DNA of 64,000 nt from Neocallimastix sp. 'constans' (GCA_050613775.1 JBODTK010000131.1:248001-312000), one strand, 5' to 3'; positions 50,877 through 63,841 are shown, numbered from the stretch's first letter. Notes: a model not told the origin generated them from the letters alone. Made by a program: numbers and translations.

Positions 50877-53042
50877 CTTTTCTTGTTCTTCCTATTCATT
50901 TTCTTCTTTTTCTTCCTTTTCTTCTTATTCTTCCTTTTCTTCTTCTTCCTTTTCTTCTTCTTCTTGTTCTTCCTATTCATTTTCTTCTTCATTTTCTTCT
51001 TCCTTTTCTTCTTCTTCCTTTTCTTCTTCTTCTTGTTCTTCCTATTCATTTTCTTCTTCCTTTTCTTCTTCTTCTTGTTCTTCCTATTCATTTTCTTCTT
51101 CATTTTTTTCTTCATTTCTTTCTTCTTCTTCATTTTCTTCTTCTTCTTCTTTATTTTCTTGTTCTTCCTCTTCTTGTTCTTCCTCTACTTGTTCTTCCTC
51201 TTCTTGGTTATTTAAAATTACTTTTAAAAAAATATTAATAATATTTTTTATTTTTATATATTATTAATACTTACTAGCTATTTATATAAAAAAATTTTTA
51301 TTATAAAAAATCATTATTAATTATATATTTAAAATATTGATAATAAATATATATATATGATGATATTTAAAAATTAATTTCAAAAAATTTTAAATAATGT
51401 ATTTAAATACATATTTATACTTACCATCTATTAATATAAACCAATTTTTTAATATAAATTTAATAACAACGAAATATGTAAAATAGATATAATTGATATA
51501 TGTTAATTATAAATTAATTTGAAAAATTTGTAATAATATATTTACATTAAATACATATTTTTACTTACTATCTATATATATATGAAACAATTTGTTGAAT
51601 AATATTAATGAAATATTTTAATAATTAATAATAAATATATGTTATTTACAAATAAACTTCAAATTTTTAAATAATATGCTTAATTATTTATACTTACGAG
51701 CTAATTTATATAAATCAGTAAATTATATATATTAAATTAATAATAATTAAATTGTTTAAATAATTAAAATAAATATTTCTTATCTTTAAACTGATTTCAA
51801 AAATTTTAATTATATCTAAATATAAATTTAAACTTACGTCCTATTAATATATAACAATTTGTTTTTTAAAAATTAAAATAATTAATTATTCGAATGATCA
51901 TTAATATATATAAATTATTTAAAATTAATTTCAAATAATTTTAATATTATATTTATAAATATATATTTATACTAACCAACTTTATATGAAATAATTTTTT
52001 GTATTAAATGTATGATAAAAAAATATTATAATAATACGTAATAAATATTTGTTTTTTTGCAATTACTTTCAAAAAATATTTATAATATTTTTTTATATAT
52101 ATTTATACTCACTAGCTATTTATATAAAACAATTTCAAATATAAATATTTATAACAATTAAATATTTTAATAATTGATAATAAATATGTTATTTACAATT
52201 AATTTCAAAAATATTTAATAATATACTAAAATATATTTATACATACCAGCTATTTATATAAAACAATTTAAAAAATAAAAATTTATAATAATTAAATATT
52301 TGAATAATTGATAATAAATATACGTTATTTATGATTAATTTTAATAGTTGTTAATAATATATTTATATATATATATATTTAAACTTACTTCCTATTTAAG
52401 TGAAACAATTTGTTGATTATAATTTAAAATAATAAATATTTGAATAATTGACAATAAATATAAGTATGAAATAATTTTTTGTATTAAATTCATAATAAAA
52501 AATATTACAATAATACGTAATTAATATATATATATTATTTTTCTTTTTTTTTTTTTTTTACAATTACTTTCAAAAAATATTTATAATATTTATATATATA
52601 TATATATTTATACTCACTAGCTATTTATATAAAACAATTTCAAATATATATATTTATAACAATTAAATATTTGAATGGTTAATAATAAATATATGTTGAT
52701 GATAATTACTTTTAAAAAATACTAATTATATATATATTTATTTATTTATATTATTTATATATACGGCCTATTTAAATGAAACAATTTGTTGATTATAGTT
52801 TATAATAATAAATATTTGAATAATTGACAATAAATATTAAATATGAAATAATTTGTGGTATAAAATTTATAATAATTATATTTAAAATATAAAAATATAT
52901 AATAATTAAATATTTGAATGGTTAATAATTTTTAATTTTAAATTAGTATAATATAAAAAAAATAATAATAATAATAACTTATATTTTTAATTATTTTAAT
53001 AAATTACTTGCTTGAAATAATAGCAAGAAAAACCCTGTACAT
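48381..53042 (-). pseudogene. Secreted-type chitin-binding protein gene: short exon 1 (53042-53012), eleven 3-nt micro-exons, and a large exon (51220-48381) encoding a ~2 kb Glu-rich tract plus five CBM18/hevein domains; disrupted as assembled
   Basis: Five RCG..G.C..G.CCSKYGWCG....C...GCQS.(Y/F)G.C units lie at ~48385-49145, ending KCW-TAA at 48381. In-frame stops occur in domains 2-3 and indels in the (GAA)n tract. Splice signals are listed in the findings. Confidence 0.85.
49265..51205 (-). repeat. Coding (GAA)n-rich low-complexity tract (poly-Glu with N/K/Q interruptions)
   Basis: TTC repeats on the plus strand with higher-order units. These explain the spurious poly-S/L/F/K ORFs. Confidence 0.95.
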
Positions 53043-53069
53043 TTTATTTTATTTTATTATTTATTTAAA

Positions 53070-54853
53070 AAGCATTTAGAGGAGCGAATAGAGTTTATAT
53101 ACAGAGTTAGAAGAATTGTCTTCTTTAGTGTTGTACTCGACGAATAGATTTGGTTCTAGACTAGGTAAAACTCTATAAGAGAGCACCGTAGCCTATTATA
53201 AAGGAAAACGGTTCTAGGTTTGCAACAACTCTGGCAAATAAGGGGCTTACGTCACCGAAGGCGTAAGATTAAAATTATATAGTATTTTAAAATTTTATTT
53301 CGTGCTTACTCGCGGCACTAGTAATAATAGTACTGACAGTTTTTTCCGTTGTTGTGAGTCAATAGTTTTATTCTATTTTATCGATCAATAATTTTATAAT
53401 TAATATTATAATTAATATTATAATTTTATAATTAAAAAAAAAAGATTAAAATATAAATATAAGGTTTATACGACTTCCAAAGCGACAGAAGTTGGTCTCT
53501 GTTTTCGTAACATTTTAGTGTTCAGATACTATTGATATAGGGGAAAATAATTTGTTTTATTCATTTCAGCTAACAATAAATTAGATATAATAAAGAATCT
53601 AATAATATTACTTCCTTTTGTCTATAAGACATTAACAATCGATTTTATCTGCGTTATCACTAAATGGCTAAAGGAACTTATCGTATAAAACTTTGATAGA
53701 TTATATATTAAGTTAATCCAATACTATATAATCTAGTTTATATTTCAGTAATTTTTGATAAATTATTATAAAATAGGAATATTTAATTATAAAATATTAT
53801 AAAGTGTTATTAAAATTTTGTGTTCTTATCTATTAACCTTGGAGACCTACCAATAAACTACTTTTGAACTTTTGGAATTTTTGCTACTTATCTACTACCT
53901 TTTGGATTATTGGAATCTGTACTATCATTTTGGGAACTTCTGGATTCTAACGCCTAATATTTACCTTTGAAAACTTATTCTACTCTACCTTATCAATTTC
54001 AATATGGACAACAATAACCATGAAATTCCTATCTTTAAGGACGGTTTTGCTGGTGATCGTCGATTCTTTAAAGGATTTCTAGTTAAAATGGGAACTAATT
54101 TTTATGATTCAACCGGAAAGATTTGCAAACGATGAAGCTAAAGTAATTTATATCATTTCTCGCTTGTATGGAAACGCCATGAATCGGGCAGCTACTCTTA
54201 TTGAAAACCAAGATCCTTGTCTCCTTAATTATAATCAGTTCATTGCTAGACTAAAATCAGTATTTGGAAGCTATGATTCTACCTTTATTGCCAACCAGAA
54301 ATTAAGAACAATCAAACAAAGACGAGTTGGTGAAGTCAGGAATTATATTTTAGAATTTAATAAATACCCCGATGAATCTTCTTGGAAAGAAGAAGCTAAG
54401 ATGGACACCTTTCTTGCCGGTCTACATGACCATATTGCTACTAGAATTTTAGAAATGTTTCCTGGACCTCAATCCCTCTTTACTATGCAAACAATAGCGT
54501 CTAGAATCGATAATCGTATTTCTACTCATAGACAATTCTCCAATTTCCAAGGTCAAAATTCATATAATAGTAATAATAATAAAATTAAAAAGGGGAAAAA
54601 ATCATTCTTTTTCAAAAACAATCTAAATCCAAATCTCGTGGTCCTCTATCTCAAGAAGAAAAGGAAAGAAGAAGAAGAAATAATCTTTGTTTATATTGTG
54701 GATCCTCTGAACATTCTCTCGACAATTGTCCACTTAAAAATAAATACAAAAATAAATCTTTATCAAGTAGCACTTATATTTCTAATCCCGAATCAAAACC
54801 AATATCTAGACCAAGAATTTCTTATCCTTCTCAGACTGTGGAAAATTTCTTAG
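53070..54853 (+). mobile_element. Gypsy 5' portion: partial LTR (ends ...GTAACA at ~53512), leader and frameshifted gag
   Basis: Retrotransposon-gag motifs QPERFANDEAKVIYIISRLYGNA..ANQKLRTIKQ..YILEF, and Zn knuckle LCLYCGSSEHSLDNCP in a shifted frame. Confidence 0.85.
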
Positions 54854-54854
54854 T

Positions 54855-55920
54855 AGTTGTTGTGAGTTATCGGCCAAAATTGGAGTCGAATTGGTTTTGG
54901 GCTTGACTGACTAGCACTCGACTGGTGGTTAATATATTGGTTTTGGTTACTGGAAGTTTTCCTTTTCACATCTTCTAGTTTAAAAAGTCCATTCTCCTTC
55001 ATTTCAGCTAAATCTCTAAAGGAGTATATACATTCGGGGTGGGGACTTATGACTAAGTTGGATACATCTAAAACAACTAATGATGATAGGTTTCCTAGTA
55101 GATACAACTTTTACCAACTAAGATTAACTTTTTTTTTTTTTTTTGAATGTTTTTATTGTAAGCATTATTACATTTTGATTTCCTAGAAGAAGTGAATTTC
55201 CTAGTAGAAGTAAAGTTCTCATTAAGCTTCATGATTTCTTTGTTGGTAATCTCGGTAGCCCTGTGTAGTGAGAAAGTTTCTGGCTTTGGCAATCGTAGTA
55301 ATTTTTTTTTTTTTTTTTAAATTTCGTCTTCTTTTTTGGTTGGGAGCTCTCTCATTCCTGTCCTGAATTTCCTGTTCCATTGTTTCAGCACGCTCCAAGA
55401 TTTCATAAGTCTCTTGTAAAGTATATCTACTTTAGCAAAAGATACCTGAGAGCATGGAAAAATCCTGGTACTAATAAACTCCTTGTACTCCTTGACGGTT
55501 ATTAATTTCTGATATTCCCGACTAAGATTATGATACAACTTTTTATAGAGGTAGTTAACCTGCTTTAGCGTTTCCCCCCCTCTGTTATTGTAAGATTCCT
55601 CAAGACTGCCCATTTGTCACCTTCAGTTTTCGCTAAATACCTTTCCACAGCCTTTTGTATTTCACTAAATTATGGGTAGCATTTTTCACCGTTTCTTCTA
55701 GAAGCATGAGCATGGATAACATCCTTAACATCTCGTCTTTCAGAGCGGCTAATACCCACGTAAATACCTTTTGTGGTTCTGTTATGTCATAGAGAAGTAG
55801 ATATTCCTTAAGGTCTTCTATCTATTCTAAGACATTCTTTTTGTAATCTTCAACCGGTGGAAGTTCTTTTTTTTTCACTTTTGCAGCGACTAATATAAGT
55901 TTGTTATAATTGTTTTTCAT
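54855..55920 (-). mobile_element. Decayed gag-like retroelement remnant
   Basis: Fragmented minus-strand ORFs with coding-like composition; no decisive motif found. Confidence 0.4.
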
Positions 55921-57219
55921 TATCTAATCTGTTGTAAATAAAAAAAATTATTAAAACCAAAACAAAAATATGTTTTTTTTTTTTCTTTTTTTTTTTTTTT
56001 TTAAAATGTCCATAAATTTTCAAAAAATTTTAAAGAGTACTCTCCCGTACTCTTAACCGTAAAGTTTGAGACGCAATGCTCTTATAAGATGTAAAAATTT
56101 TATATTACTTTTATTTATTTATTTTTCTCTTTGTCCCTTTTTTTATTTAGGGAGAATTCGTTATTTTTATACCTTTATATAAAATTAAAATTTCTAAATA
56201 ATTTAATATACATGTTGATTTTTAATTATTTTATTATAAATAATTATTTTAATTAAAAAATACAAATAATCTTAATTAAATATTTATTATTTATTCACTT
56301 ATTAATAATTTATTTAAATTATCCACTTCCACTTAACTATTAACTTAATGCAAAACATTACTTTTATTTATTTTTTACATTGTACATTTAAAAGAATAAT
56401 TACTAAGTTTCCGTATTTGTATAATTTTTTATTTTAGTTTAAAAGATAGTATTATATTTATAAGCCTAGATTAGATTTTAATGATATTTAGAAAATTAGA
56501 TTAATTTAGATCAGATTCGGTTATTCTTTATTTTTCCTTTTATTTGATGATCTAAATTAAAATATAGAAAATAGGTATTTTAAGGTTTTATCCAAATATT
56601 ATAATATATTTGGTTTTACTTAATGTATACGATAATCGATATGAATAGAATATTGATCAAAAAACTTATCAGGTTTTTTCTTCTAATCTTTTTCTAGATA
56701 AGATATTTATTAAGATTAGAAAACATTTTTTTTATTTAACCTTATTTTCACAAAAAATATATATAAATAAGGCTCTTGAGTTCTCTTCAGTTAAGTATTA
56801 TACCCACATTTGATACTCCTAGATCTCTAATTCAACTTTCATCGATTTACACTTCTTTCGGACCTGAGAAGGTTGAGTGTGAATGGCAAGTTTCTTAAGA
56901 GGAGATACAAAACATATGGTGACATAGGAAAAATTTAATTATCCTTACTTATAGGTATGTTATGGAGCAATTGTCACGTGATCACAGAGATTGTGGCAGC
57001 AAGACCCATTTGTAAGATTATCGTACAATGACAAGCAGTAATAATACTTGGGTAAGGAGCCCTAATGTAGAGAAACTGGAAGGCAGTTCAGCAGGGACAG
57101 CACCACCTACTAAGTAAGAAGTCAGATAAGGGCTCCAGTAATAAACCATTGTGTGTCTACGGATTTGCAGCTGAATGTAGTTGAATGTTTTAATTTTACA
57201 AGTTAATTATTTATTATTG

Positions 57220-57475
57220 TATTATTTAATTATTTATTTATGTATATATTATTTATTATTTATTATTTAATTATTTATTTATGTATATATTATTTATTAT
57301 TTATTATTTAATTATTTATTTATGTATATATTATTTATTATTTATTATTTAATTATTTATTTATGTATATATTATTTATTATTTATTATTTAATTATTTA
57401 TTTATGTATATATTATTTATTATTTATTATTTAATTATTTATTTATGTATATATTATTTATTATTTATTATTTAT
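57220..57475. repeat. 41-bp minisatellite, about six copies
   Basis: tgtatatattatttattatttatta recurs at 57241, 57282, 57323, 57364, 57405 and 57446. Confidence 0.92.
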
Positions 57476-57502
57476 ATTTATTAGAAAATAAAATTAATAT
57501 CT

Positions 57503-59400
57503 TATTAACTTTATTTATTAATTATAAAGAGTTATTTCTATATTGATTTTATATAGATTAAGGCTTATGTAAAAATAGATACAAATTACATGTATTTATA
57601 TATCTTAAATGTAGCTTAACAATATTAGAAATAACTTAATACATGAATATTCTAAGAACTATTAGATTAGTAATGTTATTATTAATTATTAGTAATTTAA
57701 CTATTTTCACATATTCTAACATTCCCTCTTAAATCTAATTATTCAGTAATGAATAAATTGGTTTACTGGTGCAAATGCCTATATAAAATTATTCTATTCG
57801 ATAATATTATTCACTTGATATTATTAAGCTATAAATTATTTCTTTTACTAACCTAACTTCACTTTTTCATAAATACAATAATCTTACAATATTTTAATTC
57901 TTTAATTCAATTTAAATATTGCTAAAATAATTTCGTAAAATATATTTGTAATCTAATTATTTTCCTCTAAAACTAAATATTTAATATTATTACACCATCT
58001 ATACTTCTAGATGTACCTAAAAACATCTCTTATCATATATGGTCTATATACCATTTTTATGATGGAAAGCTTCCTCTTGAAGGGTGATATTATACCATCT
58101 CAATCTATAAATACCTCTTATTTATTAGGATTTACATCACTTTCAATCTTAACCCGCTTTCTAGATAAGCGCTAACTCTTATATATTTTCGCTTTATAGT
58201 TTTAGCGATAACTATTACAACAAATCCTTAATTATATATCGTTGTACTTTATAATCATAATTTTGGGGTATTAAAATTGATTGCATTTATAATTAATTAT
58301 ATTATTCTAGTTATTTAAACTTATTAAGTAAATAATATAAATTGTCTTATAATTGATAAATAATTCGACATTTCAACTAATATCTTCTTGTAGGTTAATT
58401 TTTGCTAATTTTCACTATTAGACTTCTTAATATGCAAATTTATAATTGAGTCATTTAAGTATTTTGAGAAATATTAGTCTTATCATGTAAATTTCTATTT
58501 TCATTTTCTTCTTTTTTTGATATTTTTAAATCTTCTTTTCTTATTATATCATTCTTCGTTACTAAATGATATCCTAAAAAATATTTTCGTGTTAATTAAT
58601 TTATAATTGATGTTTTCTCATATTCGTTTATGTTCTTAATTTAAATTTTTATATATGATCATTATTCCCCCTCAAATCTAAAATATTTAGAAGTAAATAT
58701 TTAGATTTGAATATATATATGAAAATTATCACTGAATAAATATTGCCAAATAAACAACATACTATACATGAAAGTATTCAGAAAATATGATGATATATGC
58801 AAATATTTTCAATTATTAGTTTATTTATCTTTTAATACACAATATTTTAAAAGTAATATGAGGAGTCTTACTACAACCACCTCTTCTGTAATAAGTCGGC
58901 ATCACCAACATTCCACGAATGTTATATTAATGTCATCATAATTATAATGGAGCCCTTTCACAAAAAGGCGTTCGCTGTCGATGGAACCCTATCTAATATA
59001 TATAGGTCTTACACCATTCTTCATAATCCTTAATATCTATTATCTATGGAAAAAAAAAAACTTATTTCACTCTAAGTTAAACCATAATATATTGTTTTAA
59101 TAAAATTGAATATACCCATTTCACGGTATTCAATTTATTTAAAATTACAAAAAAAAAAAAAAGAATTTAAGAACATGCTTATTTCAAGTTAAGCATTTCT
59201 TTCATAAATATGACGTCCTTCCTTTTTAAAATCGTATGAATCTGCTCATTTCACGCTAAACAATTTCTATTTAATTTATGAATATGTACTTATTCTAATG
59301 CTAAATAGTACTTGTTGACATTCTCCTTCGAATATCCACTTTCTAGTTAAGCAGTAACTATTTTTAAGTATATTAGGATAAAGTTAATCCTACATGTTTC
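57503..59400 (-). mobile_element. Decayed Copia 3' ends (LTR ~57503-57721; PPTs at ~57722 and ~58667)
   Basis: The minus strand has AAGAGGGAA|TGTTAGAATATGTGAAA, a second GATTTGAGGGGGAA, and the shared LTR motif TATAAATACATGTAAT. Confidence 0.55.
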
Positions 59401-60234
59401 ACAGTATAATATTATACTATATATTTGTGCAATATTTAGGAAGAATAATTAACCTCAAGTTAATTATAATTTTCTTTTATTTATAAGTAATTTATTATAT
59501 ATTAATTCTAAGTTAATTATAAATTAATATTTTATATTCTACTATTATTTTGAAATATAAGTAGATTTAATGGGTGCACGAGTGATTAACCTCTTTCAGT
59601 AGAATATATATATTAATGTATATATATTAATACATGATATTTACGAATTCTATGTTTCTTTTCTTTTCTCTATCCACAAGTATTTATAGTTTTGAGTATG
59701 GAATTAAATATATGGTAATTTAAATTGATACTTTATAAAATGACATGAGTAATTCTTTATATTTCATAAATATTGAAATTTAGGGAAATCATTATAAAAA
59801 AAAAAAAAATTTTTATTTCTTATTAATGTTTACAACAACAGGCGATTATAATGATTAAAATTATTATAACAAAAATTCCAATTCCAATTCATAGCCAAAG
59901 CGAATGTTTTATTATTTTCTTGGTCTTGTTCATTATAAAATTGATCATCATTAATTTTTGTTTCTGAGGGGTCATCAGAAACTTCTATTTCTATTTCTAG
60001 ATTAGAGTCTGGTATCTTCCCTTCTTTGTCATATATGATATATCAGTAGTCTCCATTATCACAACTACTGTTTCCATTATTGTTTGTATTAACAATACTG
60101 TCAATATTTTTATTACATCTATAATCATTGAGAATATATGAGGTTTTATTTATCTTTTACTAAAAGAATGATTTCATAGCAACTGAAACAGCCCAAGTTT
60201 CAAGATCTGCGCATGCTGGGGTTTAAAATATGAT

Positions 60235-61916
60235 AGTTCACCTAATCATCCTAAAAAAGAATACGATGTATCTCTAACTATAATGAAACATAAAATTAAA
60301 GATGGAATTAAAAAAAAAGTTCAATTCCTTTTAGTATAAAAATAAAACCCCTATATAATAAAATTTCTAAAGAAAAGGGACTTATATGTTCAAAGTATAG
60401 TTCAATTAAATCTCAAATATCAAGAAATTTAAATAAAAAACTACCATTCAATGTAACAACATTGGCTGAAATTCCTAGTGAATCTGAATATTATAAAACA
60501 AAGCGAGGTGAAAATTTTATGATATTCAAAAATTCTAATTTAATAATTTTTCAATCCCCTTTTCAAGCAAAATTATTTAGGGAATATAATGATGATATTA
60601 TTTGTTGATGGTACATTTTTTATTGCCCCTAAATTTAGTTATCAAATATTTATTACAAGAACTTATACTAAAGAATTATATAGTTTTTACACTATTTCTT
60701 TTGCAATATTAAAAAATAAAGAACAAGAAACATATAAAATATTATATGAAAAATTAAAAAAAAAAAAAAAAAATTAATACATGTAACAATAATATTATAA
60801 TTGAATCAAAAAAATTTGCATTATGATTTTGAAAAGGGCATATCTAAAGCAGCAAAAACAATATTTCCTAATACCAATATTAAATATTGCATTTGGCATT
60901 ATAAAAAATCACTAGAAATTAAAAAAAAATAAATAATGTTCTAATGAAGTAAAAAATGATAATAATATATTTATTTATTTATAAAGCTATTTCAAATTTA
61001 CCATTTATAAATCCTGAATACATATTTGATATTTACGTTTCAATTAAAATTAAATCCATTAAGAATAATTATTGTCAATTTTTAAAATTTTTAGAATATT
61101 TTTATAAAACATATTTAATTGATTATGATATGAAAATTTGGAATTATTATAATAATATAGAACATATAACAAACAATGCCTCAGAATCACTCAATAATTA
61201 TTTAAATAATTTATTTCCAACAAAATCATCTTTATATGAATTAGTAGATCAATTAAATGAACTTGAACATTTATCATATTAGGATTATCAAAGAAAAATA
61301 CGAGGAATTTGGAAAAAAAAAAAAGAGCCATAAATGAAGCAAATGAAATCAGTGTCTTAATTGAACGCTACAAAAATATTGAAGCCAAGTTAAATTGATG
61401 CTAAATGTGATAGAAATAATATTATTAATTTGAGGTTTGATTGTTTAACTGATTTAAATAATTTAATATAAATATTATTTTATAATAAATAATTAAGAAA
61501 TGAGGAATGACCAAACAAAATAATCAAAATTCTGTCATTCAAAAATTTAATTTATAAATCTTATTTAATTTAAACAGTATAAATAAATATTCAAATACAA
61601 TATATAATTAATAATTTTATCATTATAATTATTATTTTTATAATAACATTTAAATAAAAGAATTATTATTAATAACATTTATACTTTTAATAACATTTAT
61701 ATTTTTATATAATTCTTTTATAAATAACATTTAAAAAAAAGAATTAAAATCATAAAATCTAACCATTATATGATTTATTTAATTATTCACTTAATAATTA
61801 ATTTAAAAATTGAAGTAAAAAAATAATACAATAAAATAATATTATGTAGCATAATATAACTAAAGCCACATATTTATATATATATCACGTGAAAATTAAC
61901 GTAATGAAACCTTTCC
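60235..61916 (+). mobile_element. 5'-truncated MULE with a transposase pseudogene and its 3' terminus
   Basis: FVDGTFFIAPKF and NNIEHITNNASESLNN are homologous to 18345-19688. The terminus at 61880-61916 matches the 17310 end (ttttcacgtgatatat). Confidence 0.88.
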
Positions 61917-63240
61917 TGTATTTTTATTATTTATAAATAAAATGTAACTTAATATAAAAATAATTATTTTCTTATTAATTATTTTTTATTTTTATATAAA
62001 AAAAAAAAAAAAAAAACTAATAAAACATAAATAATATATTTTATATTAAAACAGAGTTCTTTTATTCCTAAATTCACTTGTAACTTCTTTTTTTTTTTTT
62101 TTTTTTTATAAAGAAGTCCAATTTTGCTTAATTTTTCTAATTTTTATAATTTTCTATTTATGTTTTTTTTTCTCTTATTTAAAAATAACTTAATCTATTT
62201 AATTAATCCATATATTATTTAAAAAAAAATTATATATAAAATATAATTTATAATATATAAAAATACAACTTAATAATATAAATTTAATATATCAATATAA
62301 TATATAAATAATATAATTTTTAATAATTATTAATACATTGCTAAATACAAAAAGTGTACATTTTGTATTTACTTTTTTGAAATATTTCTTAATATTTTTG
62401 TTTAATTCTTTATTTATTATTTAATTATTTATAGTTATAAAAAGCAATTAAAAAATTAATTGATATAAAATGAAATATTCAAACCTTAATAAATATAAAA
62501 TTAGTTTTTATTATTCAAACATAAATTAATGTCATAAATCAAATTTAAATTTAATGATTTTATAACAATTTCAATATGTGGCTTGATTTCTATATATTAA
62601 TTATATTTATAATTAATAATAAATTTTATAGCATAAATCAATGTTTTAATTATATTCTTATTATTTTATATTTATATTTATATAGTTTTTAAATATTTCC
62701 TTAAATAATAATTATTAATAGTTTGTTCTAATCACAAGAACAATTAATTAAATAGTTAATTATAACTAAATAACATAAAAATAAAGCATTTCTCTGAATT
62801 AAGAGAAGTGTCATCGTTGTTGTGTAAAAGTTAAGATTAAAATTTATATTATGTTAAGTTAGTTTGTAATTAAAAGTATAAGAAAGTTGTTAAATAGTCT
62901 TTTTAATTATATGTAAATTTTATATGAAATTAAATAAATAAATAAATAAATAATAAATTAATAAATTTAATAAATAAATCCCAACAAAAGTACATCGAAC
63001 TTTTATTATAATATATTATATTATATTATAATATATTAATTTAAATTATTAAAAATGAAATAAAAAAAAAAATTAAATAATGATAAAGTACGCCTTTGGT
63101 TCAAGTTCTCTTGTTGGGAGAAGTTTTATAAAGTTGTTATTTAATTATAAAATTTATTTATTTATTTAAAAATAATTATAAAATTAATTAATACATGTAT
63201 TTAATATTTATCTTGAAAATATAAAATAATTATAATATAA

Positions 63241-63830
63241 TTTTGGCATAAAACTGTGCTGCAAAGAATAGTTATAAAGAATTATTCTTGTTTTTATATT
63301 TGAAATTCATAATAAACTATTTAATTAATTAATTCTCTTAGAGTAACTATTAAGTATTTAAAGTATTTAATATAAAAGTATAAAATAAAATATAAAATAT
63401 TCATAAAATATTAATAAAAATATAAATTTATTATAATTAATAAAATATTAATATAAGATAATAATTATTAAAAATAATTAAAAATATAATAAAATAAAAT
63501 ATTTAAAATGAAATAAAATAAAACTTAATTCATTTATAAATTATTTACTAACATAAAATTTATGTTATAAATTTTATGTTTACATTAATTTTATGTATTT
63601 TATAGAATTTATGTTGTTACATAAATTTATCTTATATCATGTTATTTTTAGATCATTTTATAAATCCTATGATAATTAATCAAGTGATTAACTAATTTAT
63701 TTTTATGTAATTATTAATAAAATAATTTATTAATAATTAAGGTTTTTATTTCCATTTCATATCAATAATAAGAAATTAAATAAAAAAATTAAATTTTTTT
63801 TTTTTTTAGTTCCAAATTTTTTTTTTTTTA
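63241..63830 (+). mobile_element. Diverged copy of the TCTATT-family repeat body, lacking an ankyrin insert
   Basis: ttggcataaaact..caaagaata..agaattattcttg matches 7553 onward and runs directly into ttttagttcca. Confidence 0.65.
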
Positions 63831-63841
63831 AATTTTTTTTT

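Noticed and set aside
49265..51267. Long poly-Leu/Phe/Ser/Lys ORFs in the ORF track
   Set aside because: They are alternative frames and strands of the (GAA)n poly-Glu tract.
57035..57080. Twister-ribozyme-like GGGTAAGGAGCCCTAATGTAGAG
   Set aside because: The required P2 partner, T1/T2 pseudoknot pairings and UAA..GC 5' strand cannot be formed.
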